Shown piece after piece: positions 56,347-64,000 of a stretch of DNA of 64,000 bases. Within the stretch, counting starts at the first letter, position 1. Each line of letters begins with the position of its first letter. The notes below the pieces were generated by a model, which was given only the letters and a program-made list of their open reading frames with translations, searched no databases and was not told the origin of the DNA. Source of the DNA: Pecten maximus (lineage: Eukaryota); assembly GCF_902652985.1 (NCBI RefSeq), contig NC_047017.1, positions 16,058,001 to 16,122,000 on the forward strand. Reading direction: 5' to 3'. The position numbers and the translations under genes were made by a program.

Positions 56347-59300
56347 GTGCAAGTAACGATTGAGGAGAATTGGTAGTGTGTATAGTCAGCAAACAAATAA
56401 GACTGATGAATTGATAAATATATAATATTTATGAAAATAAAAATAAAGCTGTTTTGGTACGTTTGTGACAGTTAATTATCTGTCGAAGTGGTTATAGGAT
56501 ATGCTTTTCTTTCCTGTTGTGGTAAGGTCAGCTGTATTTACAGGTAAACACCGACTTTCAACTTATTGGTTTATCGTTATTTGATTTTTTAAATATCAGT
56601 AAATATGCGACACATGAACGTGGGTCATTTCGCTTTTTGTTGCTGCATAGTGTTAAGTAGAGTTTGGGAATATGAACATTCATGTATCCTTATTCGTGTG
56701 AAATGTATGTATCCTTGCCGAATTAAAGGCCGTTAGGTCCTAAAAGCGGGCGTAAAACCCTTTAAATATATGGTATGAATATGTTGCTTTGGTAACTATA
56801 TGGTTGTAATGTGTGAATGCATTGTCTATGGTAAACTATATGGACCTATTTTGTGTATGTGTTGTCATATGTAACTTTATGTCAGATTTAGTTACATTCG
56901 TAATGCATATATGTTACCAGGACTGGCATTGACCAGGACCGGCGCCGAACAGAGACGTTGTGTTGTATGCCGTTTGAAAGGTTCTGTAAAATTTTGTGTT
57001 GAATTGTATCAGATGAAAATAAATGTGATTTTTTTATTATAATTTTTTCGGTTTTTGTTAAATGTAAAAAGATCAATGTGAATTTTTGTCGATATGGAAA
57101 CCTAATAATAATCAATGCGGTTTGTCCATGCTGTCTCCTTCATATTGAGACTGTAGTTACAAGTTAAAGTCTTCTATTACTTTAAGGTTTGCGTCTCGTC
57201 AGTGTAGGATACAATATATATCATTAAATCAGACAGTCTTCTGTATAAATCATCATGTTTCAGTCCCTTATAACAGCGAAATACAATCAGGAAGCAGAGG
57301 GGGGAATCATGTTTTTGAATATATAGCGAATGTGCTACTGTGATTAGTGGCCTTGTACAAATCAGCTGAGCTGTCACGTGACCGTGACTGAAACTGGAAC
57401 CAAGGCCGAAGAGAAATGTAAAGATGGATAACTCGTCTCTACTTAAAGCGATGCCTTATTGTATTCGTGTGTAGTGCATAGTATAATATATGATCAGGGA
57501 GAGCTTGATCAGGAAATTAAATAAAATGTATTTCGGTGATAATATGTCATATAAGTATACTGTATATCGTGTTCAGCAATATCAAATAATTTTAAAACAA
57601 AATAGAATTCACAGTATTAAATTATGAATTGTATAGCCTAATATACATACAGTTATTGCTGTCTATCCTTGCCGTGGGGAGTTAGATCAGAAAATGTAAA
57701 TATTTTTCAGAGATATTCTATGGTATGCAAAACCTCGGGGACAAACGTCTGTCAACATTACCTGCCACCTACGATCCCAAATATTTATACAAAAGACACA
57801 TGATAAAAAATATTTAACTGCATCATAAGTTAGTTTGTACTTCCAAGAACTTGTAAATGATGGTAAGGGCCTAGAATGACGAAGCTTATGTGTCAACGGA
57901 TGAAATTCAAAAAAGGGCATAAAGAAATGTGAAAATATGGATGGGGAGGTACAATAATTATATTATTTTATTTCAAATATATGTGGATTCAGAAGAACGT
58001 CAAACACAGGTGTAAATTCAGAATATATTTGAAAATAAGAAAAGTATAACACATTATGTAAAAATATCATGATAACATATTAAATGGCACATTACTACAA
58101 ATATAACACTACACACGCATTTATACACCACACAATCACATGCACGAACACCAAAATGATAGCACTGGCTATGACCAATTGCTTTTAACCATTGTATAGA
58201 TGTATTTGCAGGTAAAGACATGATTGAACACTTTATCCTAGAACATGATCCATAGTCAATATACTAAACAATAAATATATCTCCGAAGAGGGACAAGGAT
58301 GACCCTTTCCCTACCGTCTCTGACAGCAGATTTAAGGAGTGTAATTTTCAACCTATACATTGATTTCAATTATTTTGTCACCGAGACATAATCATGTCTG
58401 TTCTGTAACATTAACAGAAATCCTAACGATGTAAGAAAATATATAAAAATACAAAGTATAATATCAAAACACATTTGCATGAAATAGAACCACTATTATG
58501 GATATCGGCTAACGATACCACAAATCTTTAAACGGGATACCTTAATCGTACCTTTACTTTTAAATAACTGAGGAGGTATCCTAATAATGAAGCGTTTGAT
58601 GGTTTTCCAAAATTATTCAAATTCAGCCAGCGCTTATAAAATCTACACATATAACAGAAGTACTTATCATATTATATATACATAGAATGCATAATCAATG
58701 TGTTTTCTTTATTGAAAGTGTTTGTTATTGAAGAGTTGAATCATGCATATCTGGATCTATTTAGGAATTCATTAATATTATTTATTAATACTCTATGTAT
58801 TTCTGTCAATTCACACAGCTTACACCACATAACTGGTGGGAAAATTAAGATTATTCAAGCTAACGGAAATAGTTGCAGCACAAAAATTACATATATGCAA
58901 GAAGATGAAGATTATGGAAAGTTTATGCTCGTTGTAATGATTTCATCTCATTTGAAAAATAGTATGCTTGAATCCCGCTTGTCGTTTTGAACGCGAAATC
59001 AGGCCCATATCACCTTGATTCACACGGCAGGTGTCGTCATTGACGTAGAAGAGGCTTGCACCCCGAACACATGGTTTTAATCTCCTTAAATGTTTGGAAG
59101 TGAACTCATGTTAGTCTGTACATTTTTCTTATCATGAAAACAAATAAAGGAATATAGAGGAAATAAAAATATCTTATTATAAATAAAAAGCAATAATCGA
59201 GAGAAAATATCTACAAATTATAGACAAATATATGCAAATCCATTAAAACACGTACCAGGCGTTCTGCATGTGTAGGTATCGTTTGCCTCATCGACGACAC

Positions 59301-60865
59301 CTGTCTTTATATCTAGGTCAAATCAGATTATGCCAATTTCTCAAAATGAGATAAAGAGGGTTTACGACGAAGCAATCAGGCTTATCAATGAGCATCGAAC
59401 ATGTCTATCTCTGTATCGCACACAGAAATAGCGATGATAAATTTCCGAATGACCTCGAGCTTAAAACTGCCTCACTGTTTTCATTAATCTGAATATCTCG
59501 AAAGTTTGTGTGGTAAGTGTGATACCCGTCAGCAGTCGAAATTTGCCATATTTAGTGTTCAAAAATTGTCTATGATATGGGACCATATATTTAGTAGATA
59601 TGCTCTTAGGACAGTTTTACATAAACTGTATGTGTATGTGGAGTACAGCTAAGCTTAAATACAACTACATGTATATGTAATCACTTACTTTCGGTATAAC
59701 TATTTCATTTCTCAATGATTCATTTATTAATTATATCAGATACACGAAGTAGACACATCCTCAACTAAGTGTTGTCTGCTATGAAGGCTATTAAGCTTCA
59801 AGGAAATCAGAAAATATAATTATTGTTTTACATAGTTTGTATAGGACCAAGGGAAGGGTAGGTAGCCTGGGATTCTACGGACAATATTAGTGTATAAGAA
59901 ACATACATCCAATCAATAATTACAGTATCTTTTTTACGTCACAGCTATAACTACCTACTGATCACCTTTCATAGGATTGACATTTATTTACCACTTCAGT
60001 GTATTTCAAACAGAAGGAAAGATTCTAACTCTTCAGTAAATATCATACATATTGACAGAAGTATAGTATTACATCTGGTGTATGTACATCTCAGGAAGAT
60101 GCATTATATAAGGTAACTATATATCATTTTTTCATGGGGATAGCACTTAGCATCTCATTAACTTATTTTCAATAAAATGAAATGTTCAATTATGTCGCTT
60201 CTTAAAGACAACGGACTACATTATTTACTTGCCCTATCTTCGGTGTCAGGTACAAAACTATACAAATGTTTATTAGTCCCAGTTTTTGCATGGACATTTT
60301 GTGGGGTTTTTTTTATTATTATTTTGTGTTTTTTCCCCCAACTATTTATCTTCTATAAGGATTCTCAAACAGTCGAAAAATAAAGATAGTCTCCATTTCT
60401 GCTCCTAGATAAAAATCCTTACCTGTAGTTTGCTTACCCTTTTCTCATTTCAACAAATTTTATTGACATGATGTTAATATCAATTGGATCGAATAACAGG
60501 CAAGCCTATATAAATTCTTAATATATATAAATGCTTACCCTTTCCAGCTGAAACAAACATACCTGGTATATATATTTTACAGGTGTCATTCATGGTATAA
60601 CCGTAATGTCCACTGTCACATACCTACAGTGCTATGGTAGGACTCGTATATAGCCCGTTCCATATGGTCATTACCGCTGATAGTACACCGCTGTGATAAG
60701 GCTATGTGAATTGTAAGCGTGTACCGAGAGAACATTACCACGGGGCCTTGTTTAATATTATTCTACCATATATAGAATGGCTGCGGCGCACACCTGAGTA
60801 CGTTCGACCAGTTGCTTACCCGTCACTGCATTATTGACAACTCAGTCCCTACTCCACTACTCACG

Positions 60866-61155
60866 ATGATGTACGAACTGACAGATACCGACCATATCCT
60901 CACCAAGGCGCGGTACGGTAACCCTCGGAGACCTCTACTTATCTGTGGACTTGTCGCCCTGGTACTGGGACTCGTTTTTGGTCTTCTGATCGGTCGCTTT
61001 GGGCTGTGTCCGGATAACGAACCAGCATCTGCCACACAGAAAGATGGAGTATTCCTACCCGGTGTTTCAAAACAGATCATCCAAGATGGCGACCCATCGA
61101 TTAGTGATCTTCTCATCAATAGCATCAGCAGTGAAAACATCAGGCAATATCTCAA
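60866..61155 (+). CDS. Second GCPII/NAALADase-like paralog, first coding exon (gene continues beyond window)
   Basis: MMYELTD..., TM LLICGLVALVLGLVFGLLIG, then [36 protein letters not shown], homologous to 42534-42805. Same phase-2 donor (aa|gtaag). Confidence 0.88.
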
Positions 61156-62690
61156 GTAAGTATGATAGCTGTATTGGAAATCTGGAACATTCGAGTATAT
61201 CAAAACAGACAATTTGTCATTAATTTGTCTTTATCCGATTTATTATAATATGTCATTCTGGTTTAAGGTAATCTAGATAGTAAGCTGAATTTCTTTTATT
61301 AATTAAATAAAACCCAGCTAAATATAACAATGACAAAGAGACAATGGAACACTCATAGGGGAAAACGTACTAAAATGTGGGTGAATTTGTGTTGCCATAT
61401 AGTGGAACATGATAGTTCTTTAAGCTATGAAGATCTATCCGATACCTCTAGACAGGCTTATTGCGATGTTTAAAACATTTCTATATGCATATATATTTAC
61501 CTATATGTGACTGTAAACCCTGATCACTAGTTGTAGGTAAAATGTAGGAATCCTGTCTCGAACGTGATCTTCACTATGCTCTATTTCTACCTACCTAAGG
61601 TGATATAACATACAGGTAAATTGTAAGCTATGTATAGTTCTGTGTATAAACAGTGAGCATATTGGACATAATTATGTGTAAGCAGGGTATGCACTTCACC
61701 CGTTGTAAACACAGTCTATGGTTTACACCGACTGGCTATGTAGCTGTTATTGGCTTTTAATGTAGACATAGGTGAAGATCAAATTAACATATGTACACGG
61801 AATGCAAATAAAGGGTCGAGGACATAGTAAGTCGGGTTTGTGTGCATATGACAATCAGTGGGATATCCTTATCTAACCAGATACGGCTCAGACATAGGCA
61901 TTTTAGGCGCTTCAAACATACCTACACGATACTCTAACAGTATGTTTTATTTTAGTACACAAATATAGATGGCTTTGTCAAGAAATGCTAAAAATGATCG
62001 TGAAGTCACAGTATTTCAAAATTTTCTATATGAAAAGATAATTCCTTGAATATATTATATGCAAAATGTATATGCCTTTATCTATCGATAATTGATGTCT
62101 AAGCCAATGAAATTTGGTAACATTTGCTCAGTATTAACGATTTTATTCTCGGCATATGAAGCAACATTTGACAACGCTACGGGTACCAATATCTGAACAA
62201 TTCAAAGGAATAGTCATAAAATGGTTCCTGAGATTCCGAACTGTTAGACATAACTGGTAGGCAGAGTGTCAAAGGGCATATACAGACTCCCGCCAACATT
62301 GATGGTCAAACCCTAAGTGGAAAGGCTTCGATTCCGGTTTTATCATAAATACAAAAGCACAAGCACGAAAGGAAAAGTCGTAGTAGTTTGGAATAGTTTA
62401 ATACTTTTTTTTGTATACTAAAATAAACTGTTTCAAAAGTCACTGAAACTGTTGTCATTTTTTATTATCTCTAATTAGATACGTGGAAAGGGTAACTGTT
62501 GAGAATTTATGAAATCGCCATAGAGAAATAATGGATTTAATTACGGAGCACGAAATCTGATAAACAGCGGGAAGTTACTGAATATGTAACCAGCCTCAAT
62601 GGAAAACATATTGTAGAAACCTAACTACATGATCTCGGTACTTCTATATCAATAAAAATAAAGGGAAACTATATGTATACTTTTGTAATA

Positions 62691-64000
62691 TACTGAAACG
62701 AAAAAGAAACGCAACTTCAAATTGTAGGTTTAATAAAATAATACTTGTGAGCATTATGTTTAAATTTCATATGTAATAGTTAATATTGAATATTGATGTA
62801 ACATCCTTTAAATGTTTAGAGATTTTTAAGAACAGGTCACTTTGCTAGAAGGTCATGATTGGTAGTACCCTACGTGAATCCAAGTTGAAATGGCAGCAGT
62901 TTTGAAACCGTGCCCTAATATCGTGTGTGTCCTCCTCGAACAGTTATCACATCTCTAATTCTTTGTTGCATTGAGTTCATCAGGGCATTGACTTTCCGTA
63001 TTGGAATGTTATTCCATTCTTGGACGAGTGCATTTGCTAACTGAGGGAGGGTATTTGGGGGGTTACGGCGATTTCGAATTCTTCTGTCTAATTCATCCCA
63101 CAAATGCTCGATTGGGGACAGGTCGGGGCTATATGGAGGCCAATCTATAGGAACAATGTTCTGTGTCGCAAGAAAGTCTCTACAGACTCTTGCAACGTGT
63201 GGTCTCGCGTTATCTTGCTGAAAGGTTAGATGATGCTGCCTAACGGTCGTGTTCCAAAACACAGGCGTCAGCAAAACGTTCGCCTCGACGCCGGTACACA
63301 CGTTGACGGCCATCTGCTCGAAATAACGTGAATCGAGATTCATCGGTGAAGAGCATAGACCTCCAACGTCTCATAGGAAAACGTCTGGGCATATGTGCCG
63401 TTGCCCATTGCATACGACGTGCTCGACGTTGCGGTGTTAGTGGTAAACCAACGTACTGTCGCCTTGCACGCAAATTAGCCTCACGCAGTCTGTTGATCAC
63501 TGTTTGGGGATGAATTCGACGGTTATGATTACCAATCGTATTCCTTGCCGTTTCAGCGGCCGTTAATCTCCTGTTACGCAGGTGTGCCAACCTAAGAACC
63601 CGGTCTTGACGTCGCGACGTTACGCGTGGACGTCCTGATCTCGGCTGGTCATCGACTCTTCCTGTTGCGTTAAGACGTGAAACTAATCGACTAATAGTCG
63701 ATTTGTGAACTCTGAATTGTCGAGCGACGTGAAGTTGCGTGTTCCCTGCCAGAAGCATCGCTATAGCACGTCCTCTATCAACCTTTGATAACCGTGGCAT
63801 AATTGTAAAAGGAATTATTGTTTGCAAAAGTATTGGCGATGATGTGGCTCAATGTTAGTGATGAATTGATACTGGTTTGAATGAAAAAAGAACGCATATG
63901 TTTGTACAGGCACGGTTTTTGATGTTTTTACCACGCCGGAAGTGCATAGGTCTCTAGTCACACTTGGGTGATTTTGAAGATTGGTATGGGTGTTAGGCAG
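62691..64000 (-). mobile_element. Tc1 (DD34E) transposon with an internally deleted transposase
   Basis: ATG 63800 MPRLS..GRPRVT..FTDESRF. A second frame carries QQDNARPH..WPPYSPDLSPIEHLW..GGHTRY (stop 62915), with 34 residues between D and E. Probable TIR TA-tactgaaacgaaaaagaaacgcaac at 62691; the other end is outside the window. Confidence 0.92.

Overview
AT-rich, intron-rich animal DNA. A bivalve mollusc is likely from the SINE, MITE and minisatellite types, but this is inference. Most entries in the supplied ORF track are spurious, so genes were rebuilt by hand from GT-AG exons. The window holds three tandem gene families. (1) Two chymotrypsin/elastase-like S1A serine proteases: 365-3504 (5' exons lie outside the window) and 17196-22480 (complete). 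(2) A cluster of divergent ARF-family GTPases: a head-to-head A/B pair was tandemly duplicated (28970-34098 and 34136-39967). This left one intact A (29840-31430), one 3'-truncated B, one A with a nonsense codon and one intact B (39061-40490). A decayed fifth ARF exon lies at about 16.6 kb. All four cluster promoters keep a TATA box, an IRF-type motif and a CRE-like motif, and the B copies also have a consensus kB site. (3) A complete 18-exon M28B (GCPII/NAALADase-like) peptidase with intact zinc ligands but a remodelled glutamate pocket (42534-56346), plus the first coding exon of a paralog. Between the genes are a Tx1/L1 fragment, a CACTA-type non-autonomous element with TSD, MITEs, tRNA-derived SINEs, a deleted Tc1 transposon, several minisatellites, and a 422-bp insertion carrying an internal inverted copy of its own circle junction. 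The best candidates for something undescribed are the possibly immune-inducible ARF cluster and that junction-complementary element.
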